A stretch of DNA of 62,070 nt from a virus (Duplodnaviria; Caudoviricetes). The stretch's first letter is position 1; each line of letters opens with the position of its first letter. Positions 17,700-27,375 of the stretch are shown here, in pieces. A model generated the notes under the pieces. The model saw only the letters and a list, made by a program, of their open reading frames with translations. It searched no databases and was not told the DNA's origin. The position numbers were made by a program, and so were the translations under genes. The stretch spans positions 1-62,070 of the IMG/VR virus record IMGVR_UViG_3300017742_000005, one strand, 5' to 3'.

Positions 17700-18962
17700 A
17701 TGGAAAAAGAGTTAAAATGGGGTACTATAATTCCACTTATTGGAGGTAGTGCAATAGGATGTAAAAAATCTGCAGGTAATGAGCCGGCATTTCATTTAAG
17801 TTATGATGCATTTGCCGCTAATGAAAGTCATATTGAAAAGTATTGGCCAGAAGTACCTATGTATAGATTAGACCACGAAGACTTAGATATACCTAAACAA
17901 ACTTTTAATGAAGTTGACTATGTAAATTCAGTATGTCCTTGTGCAGGTTTATCACAATTAAATTCTGCAAAAGGTAGTGCAGCATCTCGAGGATCTGGTG
18001 CAACACAGAATCAATGGATGTATAATTCATCAGAGTATATTTTAGAAAATGTAAAGCCTAAAGTTCTTTGGGGTGAAAACGCGCCTGGTCTTTTTACTAA
18101 GATGGGGGAAGGTGTAGTTGATAGGCTAAAGGCTATTGGTGAAAAATACGGATATAGTTTTTCTTTAATTAAAACTAATACTGAATTGCATGGAATTCCA
18201 CAAAGAAGAATGAGAACATTTTATTTCTTTTGGAATACACCAACCGTCCCTATGCTAAGCTGGAAGTTTAGAGAAAAGAAAAATCTTATTGATTATCTTA
18301 ATGAAATACCAGAAGATGCTACACACCAAGATATGTTTATGGTAGAAGGTAAAGTTACAGATCATTTTAAACCTTATGAATATGTTTTAGAAAAAGAAGG
18401 TTTAACACATTCTGAATTCGCTGCTAAATTTAAAAAAGGTACTATTGCTCAATATTTAGAGAAAAATGAATTAATACCTGACTGTATTAAGTGGTTAGAG
18501 AAGCATTATCCAAAAAGAGGGTTTTCAAATAAAAAATCTACCAAGACTTTTATTGATATGTTAGAACATCAGCAATATAAAACAAGTCAAGGGTTAGGTT
18601 ATTGGGATGCCTCACCACACTTCTTCCATGATTCATTCTCTGCTCTTATTGGTAGAAATATGTTTAATGGTGTTCATCCTATAGAAAATAGATATCTTAA
18701 TGTAAGAGAGATGTTACATTTAATGGGCTTACCATTAGACTTCGGTATTGAAAATGCAAAGCAAGTAAATCACATTGCTCAAAATGTACCAGTAACTACT
18801 GCAATGGATATGGCCGATGAAGTAAAGAAATTTTGTAATGGAGAAGCTAAAATGACTAATTATACTTTTCTTAAACAAGATAATACAAACCATAAAATAA
18901 TTGACTCTGTTGAAATCGGAGCAGAACCTAAAAAGAAGTATAAAGTAAAAAGTATAATTTAA
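17700..18962 (+). CDS. Cytosine-C5 DNA methyltransferase homolog with non-canonical motif I
   Basis: Catalytic PC (CPCAGLS), motif VI ENA, motif VIII PQRRMR, motif X QNVP; motif I reads IPLIGG instead of FxGxGG. Confidence 0.85.
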   Translation: MEKELKWGTIIPLIGGSAIGCKKSAGNEPAFHLSYDAFAANESHIEKYWPEVPMYRLDHEDLDIPKQTFNEVDYVNSVCPCAGLSQLNSAKGSAASRGSGATQNQWMYNSSEYILENVKPKVLWGENAPGLFTKMGEGVVDRLKAIGEKYGYSFSLIKTNTELHGIPQRRMRTFYFFWNTPTVPMLSWKFREKKNLIDYLNEIPEDATHQDMFMVEGKVTDHFKPYEYVLEKEGLTHSEFAAKFKKGTIAQYLEKNELIPDCIKWLEKHYPKRGFSNKKSTKTFIDMLEHQQYKTSQGLGYWDASPHFFHDSFSALIGRNMFNGVHPIENRYLNVREMLHLMGLPLDFGIENAKQVNHIAQNVPVTTAMDMADEVKKFCNGEAKMTNYTFLKQDNTNHKIIDSVEIGAEPKKKYKVKSII

Positions 18963-18964
18963 TT

Positions 18965-19981
18965 ATGAAAGATAAGGCATTAGCAATAGGCGTTTCAAGC
19001 CTAGAGTTTACTAACATCTTATGTAGTTATTATCCTAGAGGAATTAAAGAAGAATTTGACATTTACCTGTTTGTGGATGATACCAAAATAGATTTAGATA
19101 AACTGCAAGGAATTTTTAATGAACATGATTTAGATATTTTTAAGAAGGCAAAAGTTATTATTTTAAATGACCTTTATGACTATTATATAGAAAAGCATGG
19201 CTATGAAGGTAAGTCAAAGGAATTTTTATTAAGTCATGGGTGTCTATTTAAAATCTTAATGCCTATTTATCTAAAGGAAAAATTTGGAGTTAAAAGAACT
19301 TTAGTATCAGATGATGATGTATTTATTTTAAATGACATTAGTTATATGTGGGATGAATATGAAGAGTTCGGTATTAAAAAGGAAAATTTATTTTACATTA
19401 GGAATAAAGATAAGTATGATGTAATGAATGCATTTAATGAAATCTTTGAAACTGATTTTACATTAGAGCAAATGAATGCCCTTTCAATCAATGCCGGTAA
19501 TATCATATACGGTGAGGATCCTAAATTAGAATATTACTTTGAAAGATTTATGAAGCATCCTTTCATTCACCACCAATATTTTAATTTTACAGGATATACG
19601 AGTTGGACAGTAGAACAGAGATTCCATCATTTTAATATTCATAGGTATTTAGCCGAAGGTAGAAAGGTTAAATTTACTGAGAGCAAAGACTTAAGGTTAA
19701 TGCAAAATAGAGATAAGATGATGAAAGCCGGTACACCACCTGATAAGTATCTTAAAGTAGTTGTACCATCTATTATTCATTATGCTATAGGTACAAAAAA
19801 ACCATTATGGTTAAATGATTTTTTACCAGGATTAGAATGGAGATACGGTTTTACATATGAAGCTAAATATGAGCTTAAAGATATCTTATACAATAAAAAT
19901 TGGCAACCACCATCATTTAAAAGTGTACAAAAAAATGGCTTTAATTTAAATAAAGATTTAAAAACAAATTCAGTATTTTAG
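18965..19981 (+). CDS. Putative GT-A fold glycosyltransferase
   Basis: SDDDVF DxD motif, INAG, EQ, IIHY pattern as in GT8-like enzymes. Confidence 0.6.
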   Translation: MKDKALAIGVSSLEFTNILCSYYPRGIKEEFDIYLFVDDTKIDLDKLQGIFNEHDLDIFKKAKVIILNDLYDYYIEKHGYEGKSKEFLLSHGCLFKILMPIYLKEKFGVKRTLVSDDDVFILNDISYMWDEYEEFGIKKENLFYIRNKDKYDVMNAFNEIFETDFTLEQMNALSINAGNIIYGEDPKLEYYFERFMKHPFIHHQYFNFTGYTSWTVEQRFHHFNIHRYLAEGRKVKFTESKDLRLMQNRDKMMKAGTPPDKYLKVVVPSIIHYAIGTKKPLWLNDFLPGLEWRYGFTYEAKYELKDILYNKNWQPPSFKSVQKNGFNLNKDLKTNSVF

Positions 19982-19984
19982 CTT

Positions 19985-20010
19985 AAACTAAGTAACAATA
20001 ATCAATATAA
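19985..20010 (+). promoter_or_regulatory. Bipartite promoter AAAC-N16-ATATAA
   Basis: Upstream of the sliding clamp gene. Confidence 0.65.
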
Positions 20011-20032
20011 TAATAAACAAATAATATTTTAA

Positions 20033-20782
20033 ATGGAAACAAAAATCAACAAAATTGACGGTTATGAATTAAGTTCATTCGTTCGCAAATTACTTCCAAT
20101 TGACAAATTCATCTTTATGAAAATCGCTAAAGAAGGTACAGTGTCTTCTGTATATTTTCCTGAGAGAGATGCCGTAAAATTGGTTAATACTCCAACATCT
20201 GATATCTTTGATGCTGATATATCTGACCCTGTTAAAGTAAGCTTTTACAACGGTACTAAAGTAATAGATGCATTAAGTCATTTTAACGGAGATGTACAAG
20301 GTCGTATTAAGTATACTGAATATGATGGTGAATTAATGGCAAGTGATTTTATTTTAGAAAATGAAGATCTTCAAATTAATTTGGCATGTACTGATCCATC
20401 ATTATCATTTATGGAAATGAGTAAAGAAGAAACGGATAGAGCATTTGGTGTTGAATCTAAAATGTTTGATTTTGATTTACTTACAACGCACGTAGATAAA
20501 ATGAAATCATTATTTAATTTAGATAAAGATGAGGATATCTTTACTCTCTATATTGGAGAAAAAGGAATTAATATTAAAGGTACTTCTTATGATGCTACAT
20601 TATGTCACTCTTATGATTCAAATGTAGAAAAAGGTGCAAAGGTTGTAATTTACAAAAAGTATATCAATCTTTTAGATAAAGAAAATTACAAAGTAAGTGT
20701 ATGTGAAAATAAAGTGGTGTTTAAATCTCTTGATACTAATACGCACTTAACTGTTGCTGTTGCTATAACAGACGAAGATTAA
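20033..20782 (+). CDS. gp45: Putative sliding clamp
   Basis: 249 aa, acidic, beta-rich; C-terminal YKVSVC..KVVFKS...VAV pattern; replication context. Confidence 0.6.
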   Translation: METKINKIDGYELSSFVRKLLPIDKFIFMKIAKEGTVSSVYFPERDAVKLVNTPTSDIFDADISDPVKVSFYNGTKVIDALSHFNGDVQGRIKYTEYDGELMASDFILENEDLQINLACTDPSLSFMEMSKEETDRAFGVESKMFDFDLLTTHVDKMKSLFNLDKDEDIFTLYIGEKGINIKGTSYDATLCHSYDSNVEKGAKVVIYKKYINLLDKENYKVSVCENKVVFKSLDTNTHLTVAVAITDED

Positions 20783-20790
20783 TTTCTTAT

Positions 20791-21735
20791 ATGCTGACTG
20801 GAAAAATTGACATTGTATTACAAGGTCCTTATAATGATTATGTTGATGAGGTTGCCTTATATTACTTATCATTAAGCTTTGTCAATAACATAATTATTTC
20901 TCATCATACTACAGATACTAAAGAGAGATTAATTCATGACCAGATAAAATATATCACTACCGATAAAATTAAACCTATCGGTAGTGGTAATGAAAATTTA
21001 CAAATCATATCTTCTTTGGCTGGTATAAAGGCTGCAACTACAACTTTTGTTGTAAAAATGAGGAATGACCAAAAGTATACTTTGGATTCTATGAAGGCTA
21101 TGTATGACTTTTATAATCAAAACTCTGATAAAGAAGTTTCTTTTTTAGATGATTCATCTAAGCCATGTAATAGAATCTGTGTAGCTGGTAATTTTTCTCA
21201 TTTACCATTTCATCCTAGAGATCATATTTTTTGGGGTAATAAAAATGACTTAATTGATTTATTCAGTTTACCTTTAGATGAATATGATATCTATCAAAGA
21301 CTAGATAATCGTGATGATGATATAGTTGATGTTATTAATAAGAAAGGTGTTGATTGGATTTTAACTGATCCTATACATTCACCTTCCGAAATGGTAAAAA
21401 AGCACAACATCTCATGGATATTCTATGAGCACCCACCAGAAGAAAATTATAGTATGCCTTTAATAAGAACTGAGGCAAGAATAGCTTTAAATTATATAGC
21501 TAAATTTGATCCAAGAGTAAAGTTGTTTTTATCTAATCCTAAGGAATATGTACATGATGGTGCACCTAATTATTATGAAGCGTTAAACGTGAGTACTAAT
21601 TTAACACCGAAGGTTTTTAAATCCTTTCCAAAAACCGGTATTGATTTATCATGCCCAAAAAATGGATGGACTAATTACCCATATGATCAACAATACAATC
21701 AATACGGAGAAAGATGGCATGAAGATAATGTTTAA
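20791..21735 (+). CDS. WavE-like LPS synthesis protein
   Basis: IVLQGP, NLQIISSLAGI, VKMRND, FHPRDHIFWG. Confidence 0.7.
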   Translation: MLTGKIDIVLQGPYNDYVDEVALYYLSLSFVNNIIISHHTTDTKERLIHDQIKYITTDKIKPIGSGNENLQIISSLAGIKAATTTFVVKMRNDQKYTLDSMKAMYDFYNQNSDKEVSFLDDSSKPCNRICVAGNFSHLPFHPRDHIFWGNKNDLIDLFSLPLDEYDIYQRLDNRDDDIVDVINKKGVDWILTDPIHSPSEMVKKHNISWIFYEHPPEENYSMPLIRTEARIALNYIAKFDPRVKLFLSNPKEYVHDGAPNYYEALNVSTNLTPKVFKSFPKTGIDLSCPKNGWTNYPYDQQYNQYGERWHEDNV

Positions 21736-21759
21736 ACTAAGTATAACTTTACCATATAA
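21734..21759 (+). promoter_or_regulatory. Bipartite promoter AAAC-N16-ATATAA
   Basis: Directly upstream of the polymerase C-half. Confidence 0.65.
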
Positions 21760-21768
21760 AAATAAAAA

Positions 21769-22887
21769 ATGACTGAGGAATTACAAAAAATTAACGAAGA
21801 AGCATCAAAGTTTTATAATTATGAACAGGCAGTTAAGTTAATGCTCAATTCAATTTACGGAGCATTTGGTAATCCTTATTTTTATTTCTTTAATGTTGAT
21901 ATTGCAGAAACTATTACTTTACAAGGTAAGGATGCAATTCTTTATACCGAAAATTTAGTTAACAAATATTTTAAGGAATATTGGCATAAAGATACTGCTG
22001 CTCATCAAGCCATGGGAATTACCGTTACCGGTAAAATTGAAAAGCCCGTAGGTATTTACATTGATACTGATTCTGTATATGTAAAGTTTGAGGAATTAAT
22101 TAAAAAATGCGAGGGATGGGAAGGCGATGAAAAGGAATTTATTTTAAAGTTATATGAAGTAAGACTTAAATCTTATATAGAAAAAATTCTACAAGTATAT
22201 GCTGATAATAATAATGCTGAAAACTTTTTATCTTTTGAATTAGAAAGTATAGCAAAAAATGCGATATGGCTCGCCAAGAAAAAGTATATGCAAAATATTG
22301 TTTGGAAAGATCCGGATATTCATTATGATGATCTTTCTAAAATTAGTTCTAAAGGTTTTGAAATCATACAGTCATCTACTCCAATTTTTGCTAGAGAAAA
22401 ACTTAAAGAATTGCTAACTTATATCTTTTCAGTTAGTGAATTAGATATGGGAGCTTTTGCTGCATTACTTAAGGATATAAAAAGACAATTTAGATTAGCC
22501 AACGTAGATCAAATATGTTTCTCAAGAAAGGTAAATAATTATCAGAAATATATTGTTAATGATTATGAGGCTTTTGAAATTGCATCAAAGTGTCCTATTG
22601 GTGTAAGGTCTGCAGGTTATCATAATTACCTTTTAAATAATTCTGGTCTTAAAGGAAAATATCAACCATTAGGAAATGGAGAAAAATGTAAAATGTATTT
22701 CTCCACTGATAATTCTTGCGATGTATTTGCATTTGCGCCAGGTGATTATCCTTACGAGTTTGCACCTAAGATAGATTATGATAGGCAATTCGAAAAAACA
22801 ATATTAGATCCAATAAATCGAGTAGTTACTGCAATGGGCTTTAAGTCTTTTAATAGAAATTTGATTTATACAACCAGCTTATTTTAA
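21769..22887 (+). CDS. gp43B: Family B DNA polymerase, C-terminal half
   Basis: Motif B KLMLNSIYGAFGN, motif C YIDTDS, KKKY, C-terminal clamp-binding-like TSLF. Confidence 0.92.
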   Translation: MTEELQKINEEASKFYNYEQAVKLMLNSIYGAFGNPYFYFFNVDIAETITLQGKDAILYTENLVNKYFKEYWHKDTAAHQAMGITVTGKIEKPVGIYIDTDSVYVKFEELIKKCEGWEGDEKEFILKLYEVRLKSYIEKILQVYADNNNAENFLSFELESIAKNAIWLAKKKYMQNIVWKDPDIHYDDLSKISSKGFEIIQSSTPIFAREKLKELLTYIFSVSELDMGAFAALLKDIKRQFRLANVDQICFSRKVNNYQKYIVNDYEAFEIASKCPIGVRSAGYHNYLLNNSGLKGKYQPLGNGEKCKMYFSTDNSCDVFAFAPGDYPYEFAPKIDYDRQFEKTILDPINRVVTAMGFKSFNRNLIYTTSLF

Positions 22888-22901
22888 AAAAATAATAATA
22901 T

Positions 22902-24524
22902 ATGGAAAAGAGATTAGAAAATCTAAAAGAACAAACAGGTATAAAAAATATATGCAAATTAGCCCTTGATGCAGGTGGTGATATTAGCCCTCTTATTATA
23001 CCTTCATCACAAACCGGCGGCGATGGTTTAACTAATGGTACTATACTTAAAGTTGATGGTAAATGGTTAATGAATATCAGAAGAGTTGCTTATGCATTAT
23101 TTCATTCTGAAAATAATCAAAAGTTTCATTCACCTTGGGGTCCTCTTGTTTATTTTAATCCTGAAGATGACATTACATTAACCACTACTAATTACATGTG
23201 TGAAGTTAATCCAGATAATTTAGAATTACTTAAATGGTCAAAAACTGATACGAGTAAATTAGACGTGAAACCTATATGGGAATTTGTTGGTCATGAGGAT
23301 GTTAGATTAGCGCATTGGGACAATATTTTATATCAAACCGGTGTGCGTAGAGATACCACACCTAACGGTGAAGGAAGGATGGAACTATCAACAGTAGAAA
23401 AATCTGAGCCTTTTAATTGGAAAGAGGTTGAGCGACAAAGATTATCTACACCAGACGGTAAGGCAAATAATCAAGGAGGTAGCTATTGTGAAAAGAATTG
23501 GATGCCTATTAATGATATGCCTTACCATTATGTTAAATGGTGTATACCTACAGAAATAGTTAAGGTAAATCCTAATGACGGTTCTGTTGAACAGGTTGCA
23601 TTAATAGATCAACCTAACTTTAATCCACCTAGAGATATAAGAGGATCCTCCAATGTCATTAGATATAAAGATATGTGGGTTGCTATAATTCATGAATGCG
23701 ATTTATGGTATGATATAGATGGAAAGAAAGATGCAGTTTACCATCATAGAATATTATGTTGGGATAATGATTGGAATTTAATTAAGACTAGTGAAACTTT
23801 TAACTTTATGACAGGGCAGGTAGAGTTTACGTGTGGTTTGGCATTAGATGGTGATAACTTTTTAATCCCGTTCGGTTTCCAGGACCATACTTCATTCTTA
23901 TTAAAATTACCAACATCGGTATTTGATTTTTTAATTGAAGATGATATTATACATACCGAGATTAATAAAGATAATCATAAAGATACAGTTATTACAAGAT
24001 TTATTAAAGACCCTCATAATGGTAAGCTTGCCTTTGATGTGGCAGAATGGTATTTTAAACAAGGGCAGTATGCATCTGCTTTAGGTTTTTATTCAAGGTG
24101 TGCAGAATATTCAACTGATGATAATTTAATTTACCAAGCAGTATATATGTTAGCCGGTAGTTTATCTGCAATGAAACGTCGAGATAATGCCGAAGAGCTT
24201 ATGTATCTTAAAACCATAGAATTAGATAAAGATAGGCCTGAGGCTTATTTAGCATTATCAAGATGGTACTCATGGAGAAATGATCCAAATAAAGCTTTCT
24301 ATTTTGCAAGTATGGGCTGTAAGTGTACAAAGAAAAATATGCCAGTATCTTCAAGTTTAGGTTATAATGAAGATGAACTACAATTACAGAGAGTTTTATT
24401 TTCTAGCTTTGATGGCAAATATGACGAAAAGAAAAAATTACTACAAAGAGCAGTTAATGATGGTTTAGATTACCCATGGGTTAAATACCATGCAGATAAG
24501 TGGAACATAAAAAAGAATAATTAA
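22902..24524 (+). CDS. Beta-propeller glycoside-hydrolase-like domain plus TPR repeats
   Basis: GHEDVRL, EKNWMP, RGSS, VEFTCGL; C-terminal TPR-like DRPEAYLALSR. Confidence 0.6.
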   Translation: MEKRLENLKEQTGIKNICKLALDAGGDISPLIIPSSQTGGDGLTNGTILKVDGKWLMNIRRVAYALFHSENNQKFHSPWGPLVYFNPEDDITLTTTNYMCEVNPDNLELLKWSKTDTSKLDVKPIWEFVGHEDVRLAHWDNILYQTGVRRDTTPNGEGRMELSTVEKSEPFNWKEVERQRLSTPDGKANNQGGSYCEKNWMPINDMPYHYVKWCIPTEIVKVNPNDGSVEQVALIDQPNFNPPRDIRGSSNVIRYKDMWVAIIHECDLWYDIDGKKDAVYHHRILCWDNDWNLIKTSETFNFMTGQVEFTCGLALDGDNFLIPFGFQDHTSFLLKLPTSVFDFLIEDDIIHTEINKDNHKDTVITRFIKDPHNGKLAFDVAEWYFKQGQYASALGFYSRCAEYSTDDNLIYQAVYMLAGSLSAMKRRDNAEELMYLKTIELDKDRPEAYLALSRWYSWRNDPNKAFYFASMGCKCTKKNMPVSSSLGYNEDELQLQRVLFSSFDGKYDEKKKLLQRAVNDGLDYPWVKYHADKWNIKKNN

Positions 24525-24548
24525 ACAAACCTCAGATTTTCTATATAA
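24523..24548 (+). promoter_or_regulatory. Bipartite promoter AAAC-N16-ATATAA
   Basis: Upstream of uvsX. Confidence 0.65.
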
Positions 24549-24567
24549 TAATAAAATAAAAACAAAC

Positions 24568-25764
24568 ATGGCAAAAGAATTTTCATTCGCAGATTTAAAT
24601 AAAGAAATGTCAAAACACTCCACTTATGGGGAGACATTAGACAAATCAACTATTTCAGAAATAGATCATTATATACCAACCGGTAATTGGCACCTTAACG
24701 CATGTTTAACCGGTTCTTTATTTGGTGGTTATCCTAATAATAGAGCAGTTGCATTAGCCGGCCCTTCTGGTACAGGTAAAACTTATCTTATCTTAAATGC
24801 AATTAAACAAGCACAGGCACAAGGTTATAGTATCGTATTTTATGATTCTGAAAATGCTGTAGATAAAACTCTAGTAGAGAAATTCGGTATTGATCCAACA
24901 AAATTCCGTTATGAGCCATGTAATACGGTTCAAGAATTTAGAACTTCAGTAACTGCAATTACTGATGTATTAATTGAACAAAAGTCAAAAGGAATAGCTT
25001 TACCTAAAATTATGGTAGTGTTAGATTCTGCAGGTAACTTGGCAACTCAAAAAGAAATTGATGATGCTAAAACCGGTAGCAGTAAGGCAGATATGACAAG
25101 AGCCAAACTTCTTAAATCTACCTTCCGAATCATTATGACCCAATTCGGAATTTGTAAAATACCTTTCTTATTTACAAATCATACTTACCAAACACAAGAT
25201 TTATTCTCAAGGCAAGTAGGAGGTGGTGGTACTGGTCCTGAGTATGCTGCTTCTATTATCTTATTTTTAGGTAAAGCAAAACTTAAAGAAGGTATAGAAC
25301 AAACTGGTATCATTGTAACTGCAAAGCCTAATAAAAATAGATTTGCAAAACCGACTAATATTAAATTCCATATTTCCTTTAATAAAGGTATGAATCCTTA
25401 TATTGGATTAGAAGAGTATATTAGCTGGGATGCATGCGGTGTTGAAAGAGGGAGATTTATTAATGCAAATGCTTTTAATAAATTAACTGATCCAGGTAAA
25501 GCTGAATGTAGAGAGCATACTTACGAAAAGGATGGTAAAGAAATTACTGTTTATTTTCAACCAGCTGCAACGGCTAGAAAGATTTGTGTAAAGCATCTTA
25601 ATGATACTGTTGATCTTAATCAATTATTTACACCTGAAGTTTTAACTGAAGATGTACTCAAGGCATTAGAACCTATCGTTGCTGCTAAATTTAAATACGG
25701 CGAAGAAATTGATGTTGAGAACTTAACCGAAATGCTAGAAGCCGATGTTACCGAAAACTCTTAA
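24568..25764 (+). CDS. uvsX: RecA-like recombinase
   Basis: Walker A GPSGTGKT, YDSE, VLDSAGNL, TNHTY, GGG. Confidence 0.92.
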   Translation: MAKEFSFADLNKEMSKHSTYGETLDKSTISEIDHYIPTGNWHLNACLTGSLFGGYPNNRAVALAGPSGTGKTYLILNAIKQAQAQGYSIVFYDSENAVDKTLVEKFGIDPTKFRYEPCNTVQEFRTSVTAITDVLIEQKSKGIALPKIMVVLDSAGNLATQKEIDDAKTGSSKADMTRAKLLKSTFRIIMTQFGICKIPFLFTNHTYQTQDLFSRQVGGGGTGPEYAASIILFLGKAKLKEGIEQTGIIVTAKPNKNRFAKPTNIKFHISFNKGMNPYIGLEEYISWDACGVERGRFINANAFNKLTDPGKAECREHTYEKDGKEITVYFQPAATARKICVKHLNDTVDLNQLFTPEVLTEDVLKALEPIVAAKFKYGEEIDVENLTEMLEADVTENS

Positions 25765-26044
25765 TACTGCAAAACTTAAAGTAAAGCACGTATTAGGAAA
25801 TCATACAACATTACCAAGCTATCCAGATGCTGAAGATATCATATATGAACTAATACGAGATTATTGTGGAAAGGTTGCACAAGAAATTAAATTTACTAAT
25901 GTATCCTTAAAGAAAAAATATAGCCTAGATGATGAAAGGGCTAATGCAATAATTATGAAACTTAGAAATGATAAAATTATTAAAGTATCATTATCTAATT
26001 CTGCTTATACTACATATGAAGTCATCACAAACCCTTATGAGTAA
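25745..26044 (+). CDS. Hypothetical protein, possible winged helix
   Basis: Overlaps the end of uvsX; helix-helix-beta hairpin pattern. Confidence 0.55.
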   Translation: MLPKTLNTAKLKVKHVLGNHTTLPSYPDAEDIIYELIRDYCGKVAQEIKFTNVSLKKKYSLDDERANAIIMKLRNDKIIKVSLSNSAYTTYEVITNPYE

Positions 26045-26069
26045 ACTAAATATAGTTTTTGCTATATAA
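26043..26069 (+). promoter_or_regulatory. Bipartite promoter AAAC-N17-ATATAA
   Basis: Upstream of the helicase gene. Confidence 0.65.
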
Positions 26070-26081
26070 AAATAAACAAAG

Positions 26082-27365
26082 ATGAATTCCAGTACAGATC
26101 ACGAAAAAATATTTTTTAATTACTTTCTTAAGAAACCGCATTATCTAAAAAGTACTGGTCCAGGTTTCTTTTCTAACAGTGATTTAGATCATATAGCAAA
26201 ATTATCAAAAAAGTTTTATACTGATTTTGGTGAAAGCCCTTCAAGAGAACAGATGAAGGCTCTTATTAAAGATGATCCTAATGAAATTCCTGATAGTATA
26301 GTATCAAGTGTTTATGATATTAACATTAATGAATATGACCAGGATTGGTTAAAAAGAACTGGTGAATCATGGGTTAAATGGAAGCATTTTGATAAACAAC
26401 TAGTAAGAACAATTGAATATGTAAAAACTCAAGATGTATCTCCAGAAAATGTTGAGGATGTAGTAACTCGTGCTATTGGTATGATCTCAACAGAAGGATC
26501 GCTAAACTTTGATACAGATATTGGATTAGACTTTTTTAAACCAGAAGACCATGTACAGAGAACATCAAAGAAAATAGAAACCGGTTGGTCATTTATAGAT
26601 AATGTATCAGGTGGAGGTTATGATACTAAATCTTTAATAGTTTATGCAGGTGAACAAAACATTGGTAAATCTATTTGGTTAGCAAATGATGCAGCCAACT
26701 TTGTTAGGATGGGTCATAATGTTGTTTTTATTACAGCTGAGATGTCAGCACAAAAGGTTCTTAAAAGAATTGGATCTAATTTATTAAGTATACCTATGCC
26801 ACAGTATGATGAAAAAACTGGCAATAGAGATTTTATGAAAAGGCGCCTTGAAAAAATATCCAGAGGATTACTACCACCAGGTAAACTTTTCGTAAAGGAA
26901 ATGCCAACATCACAAGGTACTGTTTTAGATATAGAAGCATACTTAAAAGATTTAGAAGAAGCACAAGATCATAAAGTAAATGTATTAGTTGTTGATTATA
27001 TTAATATTCTTGCAAATTATAGAAATCCTAATACTGAAAATACTTATATGAAAATAAAACAAATTGCTGAAGATCTCAGAGCATTGGCTGTTAAAAGAGA
27101 TATGTTAGTAATTTCAGCCACACAGATTAACCGTGGTGCATGGGATGCTACGGAAGTAAGAATGGAAAACATTGCTGAATCTGCTGGTCTTGCACATACT
27201 GCTGATGTTATGTATGCGCTGATACAGGATTCAATGATGCATGCAAATAGAGAATACTGGTTAAAGGTATTAAAAATTAGAGACGGTCAAGGTAAGGGTA
27301 CTCGATGTAGATTTAATATTGATTATGATCACATGAGACTTACTGAAACTGATGATATAAATTAA
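26082..27365 (+). CDS. gp41: Replicative DnaB-like helicase
   Basis: GEQNIGKS, ITAEM, VVDYINI, SATQINR, AESAG. Confidence 0.92.
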   Translation: MNSSTDHEKIFFNYFLKKPHYLKSTGPGFFSNSDLDHIAKLSKKFYTDFGESPSREQMKALIKDDPNEIPDSIVSSVYDININEYDQDWLKRTGESWVKWKHFDKQLVRTIEYVKTQDVSPENVEDVVTRAIGMISTEGSLNFDTDIGLDFFKPEDHVQRTSKKIETGWSFIDNVSGGGYDTKSLIVYAGEQNIGKSIWLANDAANFVRMGHNVVFITAEMSAQKVLKRIGSNLLSIPMPQYDEKTGNRDFMKRRLEKISRGLLPPGKLFVKEMPTSQGTVLDIEAYLKDLEEAQDHKVNVLVVDYINILANYRNPNTENTYMKIKQIAEDLRALAVKRDMLVISATQINRGAWDATEVRMENIAESAGLAHTADVMYALIQDSMMHANREYWLKVLKIRDGQGKGTRCRFNIDYDHMRLTETDDIN

Positions 27366-27375
27366 ATAAAAAAAT

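Noticed and set aside
7400-21830. Split intein or group I intron joining the polymerase halves
   Set aside because: No Cys/Ser-start or His-Asn-end intein motifs; the intervening DNA is ordinary genes.
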